This document shows, piece after piece, positions 8,242 to 19,219 of a stretch of DNA of 64,000 nucleotides (positions are counted from its first letter, which is position 1; every line of letters begins with the position of its first letter). The DNA is from Epithemia pelagica (Eukaryota > Protista > Bacillariophyta). Below the pieces are notes generated by a model that saw nothing but the letters and a program-made list of their open reading frames with translations, made no database searches and was not told where the DNA came from. The position numbers and the translations under genes were made by a program. The stretch covers positions 1,488,001-1,552,000 of the forward strand of contig OX337234.1 in NCBI GenBank assembly GCA_946965045.2, given 5' to 3'.

Positions 8242-10605
8242 TCACTTCTTGGCTTCTCCATTTGATCCGCTCTTGTTTCCTCCTCCAGAGCCCTTTTTGT
8301 TGACTGAAGAGACTACCTGATTAACAGAGCGGGCAACCTTTTCCAGTTTCTCATCGAAGGAGACTCGAAGTTCGTCAAACTTGGAACGCGGAGTGGAAAA
8401 GCGGATGAGGTGCTCATGTAAAATTAGAGCGATCTTTGGGTGTCCGCTGAAATCATGGGACCTGTATTCTCGCATTGTCTCGTGGGCTTTGAGAGTGCCC
8501 CAGAGCATTCCTCCTGGTGAGTTGGAGGCTCTTCCTGGGGCGCGAGAGTCTCGCAAGCTTTTAAACACTGCGCGGACGCAGTGTGAAATGAGGATCCAGA
8601 CCTCATGTTCCGACGCGTCGCTTTCCTCCTTAATTTCCCTGTGATAACGGACCATCCAGTGACAAAGCTCGTCCCAGAACGTCTTGCTAAGGAGCAAGAG
8701 TTCTCGAGCCACACTAGATGGTTCCGATCCGAATGCGAAAAGGTCTCCGATGGCCTGCTCCAAAGTCTTGCGTCCATCCTTGACGTAATCAAGTACTCTC
8801 TGATGGATGCCTTCACGGCCCGATGGTGGATGAAAGTCGACGAATTTCGGAACTCCTGCGAGAGCGCGTGAATTGATTGTCATGGACGAGTCACTGCTTT
8901 TGCCCAACAGAGGGGGCACCTCCAAATTGAAGGAGGCTATGTACGCGGTATGGTACGGTGTCTTGTCCTTGACCCTGGCTGTGGTTGCCCTCTGGTTGGC
9001 AGCCTGCCCCTCGTCCAGACTCGCATCGGAAGTAGCAAGGGAGAGAAGCGAAATTGCGTCCACGAACACGTGTGGATCTCCGACCGCCGTGTGCAAAGCA
9101 AGCCATGTGTCGCAAGCCTTGCGAGATGCGAAGACGATTGATCCAACCACAATGGCGTCGGATTCGGATTGTTCTTGTAAATCCTTGACATCCGCCTTTA
9201 GCTTTGCAATTTCTTCCTTCAAAGCGGTCACTACCGAACCTCCGGTTGCGGGAGTTTCGGAAGCAGTTGTTGAGGGGGCAAGAGACGAAGAAGAGGTTGT
9301 TCCCCATGCAAACATCGACGGTGTGGTTGCATGTGTGCCTGTTGCTCCTGAACTTCCTCCCGACTCGAGCGAACCAATGCGACGTTTTAAGTCTCGCAAT
9401 TCTCCATCCCATTTTCCACCCGGGTCCGCAGTTGTCAACGAAGAGCGAGTGAGGAGTCGCATAGTGGGTTCAACAAAACGACTACGGAAATCACCTGTTG
9501 TCATGAAACGTTCGATTTGTTCCATCACAATTTTTTCGACGTTGGTCTTTAAATTTGCAATATGACCCTCCAGAGTTGAAATCCGAGCTAATACGTCAGA
9601 TGACAACGACCCAGGCGGGGACTTCTTGGTATCCTCCAACATAGAAGCCAGAGTGTGCGTTGACGATGTCAATTGGTCAATAAGTCCGAAAGCGGACAGG
9701 GTTCCAAACGAGGTTGGACGCTCGCCCAAGAGCTCGTGCAAAACTGAAAGCTTCATATGAACGGAGTCGAGCTGTTCATCATGTTTGCCTCGAAAACTTC
9801 GACGAATCAACTTTTCTTCTTCCACAGCGGTCTTGAGCGCTGCCACATTTGATAGTAAATCGCGCCAAGCTCCCTGAGAAAGCGTTCGGAACGCGGGAGT
9901 GGGTTGATTGCCCAAATCCTCTGGTACGTCAATAAAAGACACGGAGGCTGCTGCCTTTTCCATCTTGACCGCCGCAAAGGTATCACCCAGGTTGGATCCA
10001 TCCGACGATCCTGAGGCAACATCTTGACCTTGACTGGAATCATCACTGCGTGGTTGTAAACGAACTTTCTTTCGTGCTGGCGTATAGACGAAGTTGATGC
10101 CAGACTTCGTGTCTTGTAGAACGTGAGCGACCACACTGCCATCCACCGCGTCGTTTCCCGCTGCCATGGCCGATTCCTTCAAAGAAGAGAAGGTGGCTTG
10201 CCAACTTTCCAGACTCCGCGGACTTGTTTCCAGTTCAGACCATTCCGCTTCTCGGATAAGCGAACTCGGAAGTGTAGGAGTTGCAAATATTGTAGGGTTC
10301 TCATCTCCTTTGGAACCACCAGAACCTCGAATGAAAACACATTGGGTCTCATCGCCTGCGAGGCTGGCCCAATCAACTTTCTTGGATGTGTGGGAAGCAA
10401 TGGAACAGTCGCTGCGCAAGCATACGCGTTGTCCCGACCCGATAACTCCCCGACAAAGACCCAAGAACACGGACTCTTCCATCCGCAGGATACCGTAGAG
10501 AGGGCCCGAACGAAGGCCCCCCCCCCCGGTCGCAATAACAGAAACGGACTCACCTGACGACCCCACAGAGGGCGAGGATTCCGACGTCCCAGCCCAATCA
10601 AACAT
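8242..10605 (-). CDS. gag-like ORF of YR element 1 (787 aa from the first ATG)
   Basis: First ORF after repeat A1. Has an N-terminal C-x10-C-x4-C-x4-H-like cluster (LCRGVIGSGQRVCLRSDCSIASH) and coiled-coil stretches. Confidence 0.8.
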   Translation of the reverse strand: MFDWAGTSESSPSVGSSGESVSVIATGGGGLRSGPLYGILRMEESVFLGLCRGVIGSGQRVCLRSDCSIASHTSKKVDWASLAGDETQCVFIRGSGGSKGDENPTIFATPTLPSSLIREAEWSELETSPRSLESWQATFSSLKESAMAAGNDAVDGSVVAHVLQDTKSGINFVYTPARKKVRLQPRSDDSSQGQDVASGSSDGSNLGDTFAAVKMEKAAASVSFIDVPEDLGNQPTPAFRTLSQGAWRDLLSNVAALKTAVEEEKLIRRSFRGKHDEQLDSVHMKLSVLHELLGERPTSFGTLSAFGLIDQLTSSTHTLASMLEDTKKSPPGSLSSDVLARISTLEGHIANLKTNVEKIVMEQIERFMTTGDFRSRFVEPTMRLLTRSSLTTADPGGKWDGELRDLKRRIGSLESGGSSGATGTHATTPSMFAWGTTSSSSLAPSTTASETPATGGSVVTALKEEIAKLKADVKDLQEQSESDAIVVGSIVFASRKACDTWLALHTAVGDPHVFVDAISLLSLATSDASLDEGQAANQRATTARVKDKTPYHTAYIASFNLEVPPLLGKSSDSSMTINSRALAGVPKFVDFHPPSGREGIHQRVLDYVKDGRKTLEQAIGDLFAFGSEPSSVARELLLLSKTFWDELCHWMVRYHREIKEESDASEHEVWILISHCVRAVFKSLRDSRAPGRASNSPGGMLWGTLKAHETMREYRSHDFSGHPKIALILHEHLIRFSTPRSKFDELRVSFDEKLEKVARSVNQVVSSVNKKGSGGGNKSGSNGEAKK

Positions 10606-10689
10606 CACGAACGGCGCAAACCCGAAGGGAGCGACACAAACACAACGAGAGAGTGGTTGGCAATGGCAGTCAGGGAGGAAAAAAGAAAA

Positions 10690-10944
10690 CGAAAAGAGAA
10701 CTGCCAACAGGATCAATGGGTGATCAGATCCTTGACACTGCCGCTGTTAGCTCTTTCCATTAACTTATGATCATACTTCCTCATTCACATGTTGGTTGGG
10801 ATGCCATACTCTGTGCTGACGTGTACTTTACACGACAGTCCCAACCAACCAATGACTCATTCCTTGAACTCGTATCTGTGATGACGTCAACTTCTCTTCT
10901 GCGTTCGTCCGTCGGTCCCTTCTTGACCTGATGGGTACGGTGCG
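10690..10944. repeat. Split direct repeat A1 (5' end of YR element 1)
   Basis: Identical in sequence to 2312-2566. Confidence 0.95.
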
Positions 10945-11328
10945 CGCGATCTACGAGTACTCGTACTCGTACGTAGATTTCCTACCGGAGTGCTACTTGA
11001 GAAGTATTCTGTCTCTTGTACGAGTACTAATAATATTGTACTCGTAGGCTTCTCGAGCGAGCTCGTACTTTGGAGAATATATATATGCCCTTATTTTGTT
11101 ATTTAAGCCAGTCACAGAAACAAAATTTTCATGAGAAGTCCAAGCATGCCTTCTTAAGTACAGTTCAGTCACGCATCCCGGACGAGTTTGTGCATCCATG
11201 TCTGCCTCTCACAATTTTTTTCTGGGAACGACCAACACCAGTTCGTCCTTCTCATATGGAATGTAACCAAAGAGACCATTGTTTCTGCGTCTGCAGAGTT
11301 CCCAAATGATGCCAACAACGATAGAAAG

Positions 11329-12089
11329 ATGAAATTAGTCACTGCTATACTTCTCACGCTGGTGTATATCGTGGATTGTGCCCTGGCGAATCTAACTGAC
11401 AGTTCGCTCGTGGGCAGCGACAGGAGCTCCGAGAGTGCACAAAGAGGGCTGTCAGGGAAGGTAAGCTAAACGTTTTCATGATAGTGTGAATGTCACTGGC
11501 AAGGGTACCTGACAAAGTCTCTTCCTCTTACGTCACCTTTTCTCCTTAGGGAGGCAAGAAAAAATCAAAGCGGAACAAATATAGCGTACGTACACCAGCG
11601 ATTTGTATTCTGTCGGCATCAACCAAATGATTGGACAATAACTCATTTCTTTTTCCCATAAAGAACAAGAAAGAATACAGACGACCATGTCCTAGATGTG
11701 GCGACCAGATATTGAATGTCGCGCTGTTATGGGATGAGCCTGTGATTGCCCCAGATGGGTCCAAGGTTGTGTATTCTACCTTGCAAGGTGCACGGTTCCC
11801 TCATGTGGGCAACTTGTACGATGAACCAAGTGGAAACTCGGTGGGATTTAGTGTTGAGCTTTGTGAACGGGTGAACGAAAATGACTTGTGGCATTGTGAA
11901 GGTACCATGTTTGATGTATCCTCGTGCGTGGGTCATTTGACTTTTTCTGGTGTCTTTCAAGACGGTACAAAATCAGGCAAATTTGTCATAAACGGTGGAA
12001 CCGATGACTTTGAAGGATCCTCAGGCTCCATTTTTGATCAATTTGATGAACAAACGGGCTTCTATCTTCGAACGATTGATATCAATTAG
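11329..12089 (+). CDS. Secreted allene-oxide-cyclase/dirigent-like beta-barrel protein (3 exons: 11329-11460, 11550-11585, 11664-12089)
   Basis: Signal-peptide-like MKLVTAILLTLVYIVDCALA. GT-AG introns at 11461-11549 and 11586-11663 keep the frame. GHLTFSG and FVINGGTDDFEGSSG resemble the AOC/dirigent G-x-L-x-F-x-G and I-x-GG-T-G-x-F-x-G-x-x-G motifs. Confidence 0.6.
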
Positions 12090-12766
12090 AATGCAACCTC
12101 TTTGTTTACACACTTGACAGAGGCTGTAGAGAAAGATGTTGTGTACAGTCATGTTCTAGCTTTGTCGACAAGATTTCCCTGAAAGTTTGCTCCGTCCTTG
12201 GTCGGACATGGTTTTCCGTTTCTGTACGTCGTTAGTCGTTAGTCCCATGTATTGTATTCCCTCACGAATCGAGACCAGGGATGATCCGGTGGATCTGGTA
12301 CGTACAATTGTTAGATGCGCCATGTGCCCTGGCGCCGGAGAACGATGAACGAAGTCAGTTGCTGAGTTCAGCCATGATAGGATGTGGCTTCAGTAGCACA
12401 ATGTCGAAAACAGCATTGAAGGGCTGGAGGGCGTTTAGAAAAGTGTGTCCACTGCGCCTTGCACCTCCTAAAAATCGCCTTTTTCCTCTTTATCTCCACT
12501 CTTGTTCGAGTCTAGACCTGATCAAATGGAAGTCTAACCTTACTCCTATACATGGGCAAGTCATTTGGGTTTTGTACTGAGCCTACTTAGCCGAACATGG
12601 ATCGGCTTACCCAGCCCTTACCTTGGGATAGGAGTAGTACAATAGCCCCTCAATACGATGTTCGAAGTCGGGGTGAGGGTGCATTTCACCCCCTTTTCTC
12701 TTATGATTCGTAGTTGCTGCCATAAAATCGAAAGACAGCGTGAAGGAGGCAGCTCCAGAAGGAAAG

Positions 12767-14223
12767 ATGGCCATGGAGATTGATAAACCAACTTCCGTTG
12801 GCGCAAAGGAAGATACGGCAGTTTTCGTGCATCCTGTGAGTGAATCCTCATCCCTCGAAACGTTCTGAATTACTGTGGTTTGACACGTTCCCTGTAAATC
12901 CAGATATTGGAACCGTCACGCTCCAAAGATCTCGACTTGTGTAGGAGATTGAACTATTCCTCATCTTTTGGCCATTGCTGCTGCTTGTCTCTATTTGTTT
13001 CTTTTCTGCCACTGATTGTTTAGCTGGCTTTGGTGCACATGTCGGATCAGTATACTCGAATTCGATGGGGCGGATCACCCCTTGATGCATCGGCTCCGGT
13101 GGTAGGATTACTGTTTGGTAAACAGCGCCAAGACGAAGATGGTGCTCGCAGTTTGTACGTCGAAGATGCAGGGGATATTCCCTTGCAAGATGCCCAGAAA
13201 CAGATAGACTTGCATCGAGCAGTTTTCCCCACTCATGGAGTGCTGGGATGGTACAAGGTGGTGGTTGTTGGTGAAGACAATGAGCCCACCGTTGAGGATT
13301 TACAGCAAACACAAAAAATTCAAACCCTCTATCAAAAATCCCAGGAGCAAGATAAGGAGAAGGGATCAGCTTCTGAAATTACCACAGAAACGTCCACTTC
13401 AAGCAAATCGACAACGAACGATGCCGGCGTGACATTTTTTGGTTTGTTACAGGTACCGTCGATGAAGAAACAGACTCCAAGCGTCACACCATCAGATGGG
13501 GAAGACTCCGCGATGAAGATTGACGAGGAGAAAGCAGGCACCTCGCAGAATAAGAATGACGATGCAGAAGAGGATGAATTGCCCCTGACATTGTTTAGGT
13601 TGGAAGAAAGCAACGGTTCTGCATCGCTGGTTGCTGTGCGCACTTGGTCATTGCACACTTCAGACTCTGAGCGCTTTGCTGTCCAACGTGTAATGCGAGA
13701 AAAGACATCGGAGACGATGCATTCAACTCCTATTATCCCACCGGCGTCTCAGAAACAACAGAGTGGGGGAGAGGAAGCAACTTCTAAGCCTCCCCCCTTT
13801 CAACCTTCCTCTCAACCACCACCTCAACCTTCCAGCATATCTCTGGCTACTGTGAAGCCTCAAGCCATTCGTCCTTACACAGACGAATTACAGGAGTCGT
13901 GCATGGCCATATCGACTCGTTTGACATTGATTATGCAATATTTGGAAACCTTGGAGTCCGATCAATCGTCATTGTCGGTGAACGATATGTGTCTGTTACG
14001 GCAGATCCAAGGGTTGTTGCGGCAGTTGAGCGTCATCTCTGGGACAACCCCTCATCCTAGTCCGGATTCTTGTGCTCGACAGTTGCACCAGCTGGCTTCA
14101 TTGGCCCAAACTGTGGATGCCGTAACCATGTATACGGAAAAGTTTCGTTTTTTGCACGAACACGGTGGTGGAGGGGCAGGAGGGGGGCCTCGGGGTGGAC
14201 CGCGTGAAGTACGACGCTTCTAA
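12767..14223 (+). CDS. CSN6: COP9 signalosome subunit 6-like MPN-domain protein (exons 12767-12835, 13024-14223)
   Basis: Spliced VFVHP|LALVHMSDQYTR, then VVGLLFGKQ, AVFPTHGVLGWY and SDSERFAV, matching MPN-minus CSN6 motifs. GTGAGT...TTTAG intron at 12836-13023. Confidence 0.78.
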
Positions 14224-14720
14224 GTGCTTCTCTTTTGCTTGCATGTTTCATTTACATGCAAGATTGTCTTTATTATCATTTTTATAAGCCGCGCAACTGA
14301 ACCAGAGAAAACGTCATTTTAGCGCCACTCGAGAAAATAAGTTCCAAAGCTCCGTCGGCCGCCGAACAAAAATTGATCATACAATGTAATTAGGAAATGA
14401 TTTTCTAGAGCTTCAGCCTGGTTCCCATTTCCATTTTCGAATCACGTAAAAGCAAAATGACAAAATGAAGTTTCTGAACTCAGTTTCAGATCTCCTCGAA
14501 ACAACTTGCATCTCGCAAAGGTTGCGATCAAGCAAGATTGTGCGCGGATGACTTGATGGTATTGCGTGATCATGCAACGTGACTTCAATGATTGTTGAAT
14601 CAATGTTTGGAAGAAGAAAATAAGACCCAAACTGCAAGGTAGAGACAAGATACTCTGATTGGACTAGAAGTACGAGGACATACAGCCACAATCCAACGTT
14701 GTTCACATGGACGTGATGGT

Positions 14721-15812
14721 TCACACGGACGTAACGTTCCAAGCTTTTGCAAGGCGAGAAAGTTCCCCCTTCCATACTTTTTCATACGCCTCGCGTCCCA
14801 TAATGGTGAGATTCACGGGATGCCTCCAAAACTTGTCTGAAGACTTGATAAATTGAAACTTGAGACTGTGTGGTAAATTAGCTGCCATGGCATCAACATC
14901 GCCATCCTCCAAACCCTGTCGGTACTTTTCCACTCGTTCTGTTTGGGCCTCTTGGACAATCTCCGCTGCAACATTGGGGCTCATGCCATAAAACTGCCCT
15001 TGAAAGTAAAGATGAAGGTGCCCATATCCGGAACCACCGTCGAAATGGTGTCTAAGAGAAACATAGGCTGCTTTCCTTTTCTCGTACTCCCATAGGTTTT
15101 TAGTGGCAGCGTTTCCCATCATGGAGTTTGAGTTGAACGGAAAGGGAGGCAAGAACACATCGAGGTACTGGACAACCTTGTCGATATAAAGCAATGTATC
15201 TCCGTTTGTCTTGGCAATGTAGTCTATTCCTCCTGTCTCTTCCACTACTTGAGAGGCAAAATTGAGCCAGGTCTCGGACTTGCCATCATTCATATTCTCC
15301 TCGATATTCAAAACAGTAAAATCGGTCTGTTTTTCGAAGTCCGAAAACTCCGGTGGTAGAGGTCCTTTTAAAGTGGGACGAGGGATGGCAACGTTTTTGT
15401 TTCGTTCCAGAAATTTTGTAGGTCCCTTGTCACGTCCCGCAACTACAAATGTATAAATGATACGGCATGCATCAGAATGGACGCTCTTGGACTGGAAATC
15501 ATTTAGACTGCACATGATACCGTTTGATAATTTTGCGAGATCTCGATAGTTTGTCCGGTATATCTTGTGATCATAGATGGTGGAGAATACCCCAACGAGA
15601 ATCCGAGAGTGTCTTGGTGATCTTGGTTCTCTTTTGTTGACGTCGCTTTCCAATGAAGGACTGACAAAATGAGGCAGAGATACTGCTTGAACGGCGTCCT
15701 CCATGGATATCCTTTCGTTTATATTCATCTGGAAATGCACGGTCGACCAAGTTATCAGCCAGGTCGCAATCGACATTAGGCAAAGAATTCTGACTCGCAT
15801 GTCCATCTTCAT
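14721..15812 (-). CDS. Type II membrane glycosyltransferase (GT31/galactosyltransferase-like), copy A
   Basis: N-terminal TM segment, ENMNDGKSETWL, YIAKTNGDTLL (DxD position reads NGD) and YFQGQFYGMS. Confidence 0.75.
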   Translation of the reverse strand: MKMDMRVRILCLMSIATWLITWSTVHFQMNINERISMEDAVQAVSLPHFVSPSLESDVNKREPRSPRHSRILVGVFSTIYDHKIYRTNYRDLAKLSNGIMCSLNDFQSKSVHSDACRIIYTFVVAGRDKGPTKFLERNKNVAIPRPTLKGPLPPEFSDFEKQTDFTVLNIEENMNDGKSETWLNFASQVVEETGGIDYIAKTNGDTLLYIDKVVQYLDVFLPPFPFNSNSMMGNAATKNLWEYEKRKAAYVSLRHHFDGGSGYGHLHLYFQGQFYGMSPNVAAEIVQEAQTERVEKYRQGLEDGDVDAMAANLPHSLKFQFIKSSDKFWRHPVNLTIMGREAYEKVWKGELSRLAKAWNVTSV

Positions 15813-16560
15813 GACGTGCCGTAGAAGGAAGGGGGTATATTTTTATGGGTTGGTGCATTTGTTTCCAACTCCTCACTGGTTCTTGAGTCCTCTTTTCGGT
15901 ATTGTGGGCCTTCCAGTTGCCGCTTGCCTACGAGTATTGCCAATAGACACCCGTTTTTGGATGTACTTTAGCTCTAACTGGTTACTGGTTATAATCCTTT
16001 TTATGGATCGCCCTGCGCTCCGGGGGGATACATGATGCAATTTGGTCGGGACTAATATTCATGTAATCTCACGAATATTTCTGTATCATACGAGTACGAG
16101 TTTTCTATCGTATTTTGTGGAGTACGAGTGTACTCATAGTTGGTAGACTTTCCTTAGGACTCCTATTACTCCTAGACCTAGATGAGTATCGAGCTTGGTC
16201 CGTCAGCGGTCAAGGTCAAGCATCAAGCATATAGAGTATAGAGTGGAGACTGGAGACTCAAGCGCATGACGTTTGCGCCACAACCAAAGCGGTCTTAAGC
16301 GGCACTTACGGCAGGTCGTCTCCTCCCCAGAAAAATCGCATGACTTGGAATCTTCCAGGACCTCTGTCTGTGCGGCGCTTGGGTCTTTCGAGGTCAGGTG
16401 GAGGACCGGGCCAAGCTCTTACCCGAACTACTCCTACCTCCTACGGCCTATTCTCGTACATGGCTGCTACTTAGAGCAAAGGCTATGCCGCTAGAGAGAC
16501 TAGAGGGATCCATATTCCATATTCCATACTTCATATTCTTTATTTTTGAGTATTTGCGTA

Positions 16561-19219
16561 CGGACTCCGGGGGCCGAAAAATTCCCCCACGATATCCAGT
16601 GTTTCACGTTCGTGAGACTTCCGGCCCTACGAGATTCATGACTCAATCCATTTTCTCGAAGTAAAATGAATTGCCCCTCATCATCCACAAGACGTTCACG
16701 TATCTCGCAGTCGTAACTAATACGAGCTCCACCTCAACAAAATTGCAGCCGCAGTAGCCCGTGCTATCAAGGCCTCCACTGTTTTTTCTATAGTGATTCT
16801 AGCGTCGTAGGAAGACCACTACGGTCAGTTTGCACTGCATAACACCACCATGGACAACAAGAACCGCTGTGCACCTCCAACGAAAGGTGCTAGTACTCCT
16901 CCGGCCATCCAGGATGCCGCAGAATCAAGTGTACCGTGATGGGTGAAAAGGGCGGCGTTGAGTTGGCGAGTTTGATGGACCTACGGCAAGGTTGTTTAAT
17001 GTCTTCCACTTTTGGGTTGGAAGGAAGCAACGAGAAGATCAAGATTTGAGTCGGATAATGATGGAATCGTCCGTCCGCATGCAACAATCAACTTCTTGGT
17101 TTTTCGTGGTCTCTTACGCAACAAAAGTTTGGTTGGACGAATCAAAAAACCACGCTACCATGGGTGGAAGGACTGCTTCTGCCACCGCCGCCGATGGTGG
17201 TGGCTGCTTCCGCAAACACAGTTCGAGTGGAAGAAGGAGTGGACAAGTGGAGCCGTACACAATCAACTGGTTTTGGCCTCGCGTAGCAGTGCGTGTCCCA
17301 ATCATTACAATCAACTCGTCGTTTCGGCCGGACGAAACAATTTGGGGCCACGACAATGACACCAAACGCAACAATCAACTGCTTTCCATCTCTGTTTCTT
17401 CCATTTCTACGGTTATTCAACAAACGAAACAATCAACGCCTTGTTTTGTCCGAACGAGACAACCCTGTGCCGCGACAACGACACCAAACGCAACAACAAA
17501 CTCCTCGTTTCGGCCGAGTGAAACAATCCCCTATAACAACGACAACAAGCAGCGTTGATGGTGCTAAGCTAGGTAGATGTTCTGTACTAGTAGGTGTTTA
17601 TATGCATACTCGTAGAGGAGGCGGGTTGATTGTTGTGCTAGGTGCTAGCGCCTCCTCACCATGGTGTGGGTGCCGGTGGTGAGAATCTCGATGGTTTGTT
17701 TTGAACTGTGCATGAGCATGTGGGGCAATTCATTTTACTTTAGGAAAATGTATGGTGGAGTGAATCTCGTTGGGCCGGGAGTTCCACCGAGGATCGAAAA
17801 TGTAAAGCACGGGCTACTGCGGCTGCAATTTTGTCGAGGTGGAGCTCGTACCGATGAACCTTTTCACCATGACGAGGCGCTTACCCTTCCTGTGCGAGTA
17901 GTAAACAACAATCATACAAGTGCAAAATATACAACCCACTTATTAATTATAAGCCTATATTATGTAGTCACCACCACTACTGCTTGTTGTCATGGGTATA
18001 GGTGATGGTTTCACTTGGAGTTGGTTGTTGCATTTGTTGTCGTTGTCGCGGCACAGGATTGTCTCGTTCGGCCGAAACAAGGCGTTGATCGTTGTGTTTG
18101 TTGTAGAACTGTAGAACTGAAAGAACCAGAGATGGAGGGCAGTTGATTGTTGCTTTTGGTGCAATTGTCATTGTCGTGGCCCCGGATTGTTTTGTTCGGC
18201 CGAAACGATGAGTTGATTGTTGCGTGGGGGCATGCATGCTACGCGAGGCCAAAACCAGTTGGTTGTGTGGTTGGTGGTATCTGTTGTCATGTTTGTGGGT
18301 GTCGTATCATCATTACCATCCGATGGCTCGCTCGTTGTGGCTGTTGGTTTTGTCGTCAAGATCCTCCCGCTTTTGATTGTTGCATTGGATGTTGTTGTCG
18401 TTGTGGCCAAAACGAGGAGTGGATTGTTGCATTTAGGTTTTGTTGGAGGTCTAGAGTAGTTGATTGGTGCATTGGTGCCATTGTCTTGTACCATCCAATG
18501 GATTGGTCGTGGTGGATGTTGGTTTTGCGGTCGTGGGCTTCACGTCGTTGGGAAACAAGGGTTCACTTCGCGTCCAACTCGTCGTGTGGTGCCACAAATC
18601 AGTCGCTGTCTTTCTTGTGGCCGAGGTTGTTGCGGTTGTTGCAGCCGTGATGATGGAGTCGACCCTTCACTTCCACAAGGCGGCCGGTTGTTATTGGGTT
18701 CTTGTGGTCTCGCAACATTGAGAGACAGTCTGTTGTTGGTGTTGTCGTTGTTGCGGCCGACTGTTTTGTTCAGACGAGAATCCTCCAGTTGATTGCCGTG
18801 TGTCCTTGCCGCTGCTCTCCCACGACTCATCCATCCATTTAGAAGCTTCCATTGTCGTCCCTCATTGCAATCTTTGTTCATTACATCATTCTCCGACTCC
18901 AATCTTGGTAATCTTGTTGCTTCCTTCCCACCAGGATTTGAACTTCAAAACCTTGCCTTCGGTCCACCAAAATGGCCAACCCATCGCCGCCCGTTCATTC
19001 TGTCACAGTACACTTGATTCTGAGGACTCCGTGGTGGTCGGAGGAGTGCTAGCACCTTTAGTTGGAGGTGCACACCGGCTTGAGTTTGCCATGTTGGTGC
19101 CATGCAGTGTATCATGACCGTGGTTTCCTAAACCACCGGCCCAGATAACTATAGACAATAGAGTACAAGTATGAAAAGCACGGCTATCTGTGGGGGAATT
19201 TTTCGGCCCCCGGAGTCCG
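16561..19219. mobile_element. Non-autonomous foldback/TIR element with TA flanks (Tc1/mariner-type ends)
   Basis: 16558-16590 (gtacggactccgggggccgaaaaattcccccac) is the exact reverse complement of 19190-19222. TA lies at 16559-60 and 19220-21. Imperfect inverted homology continues inward (about 16815-17100 vs 18860-19125). No transposase. Confidence 0.75.
17260..18262. repeat. Internal inverted repeat blocks (about 17260-17510 vs 18017-18262) built of ttcggccg-x-acgaaacaa subunits
   Basis: Diverged reverse-complement match seen by eye. Recurring cggccg-centred units also occur near 18750. Confidence 0.7.

Larger units (their letters stand above)
1898..10944 (-). mobile_element. Tyrosine-recombinase retrotransposon (DIRS order, Ngaro/PAT-like split direct repeats), apparently intact
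   Basis: Architecture on the minus strand is A1(10690-10944)-gag-RT/RNaseH-YR-B1(2566-2964)-A2(2312-2566)-B2(1898-2296). Repeat copies read as identical and the three long ORFs are uninterrupted. Confidence 0.95.

Noticed and set aside
3048-10716. ORF-track starts at 4616, 8031 and 10716
   Set aside because: These are TTG codons. In this eukaryotic context the first ATG, or readthrough, is more plausible.
10945-11070. Cluster of GAGTACTC/TACGAGTA palindromes (also near 16090-16140 and 19790-20030)
   Set aside because: Short, irregularly spaced and without a fixed repeat-spacer unit; treated as intergenic compositional bias.
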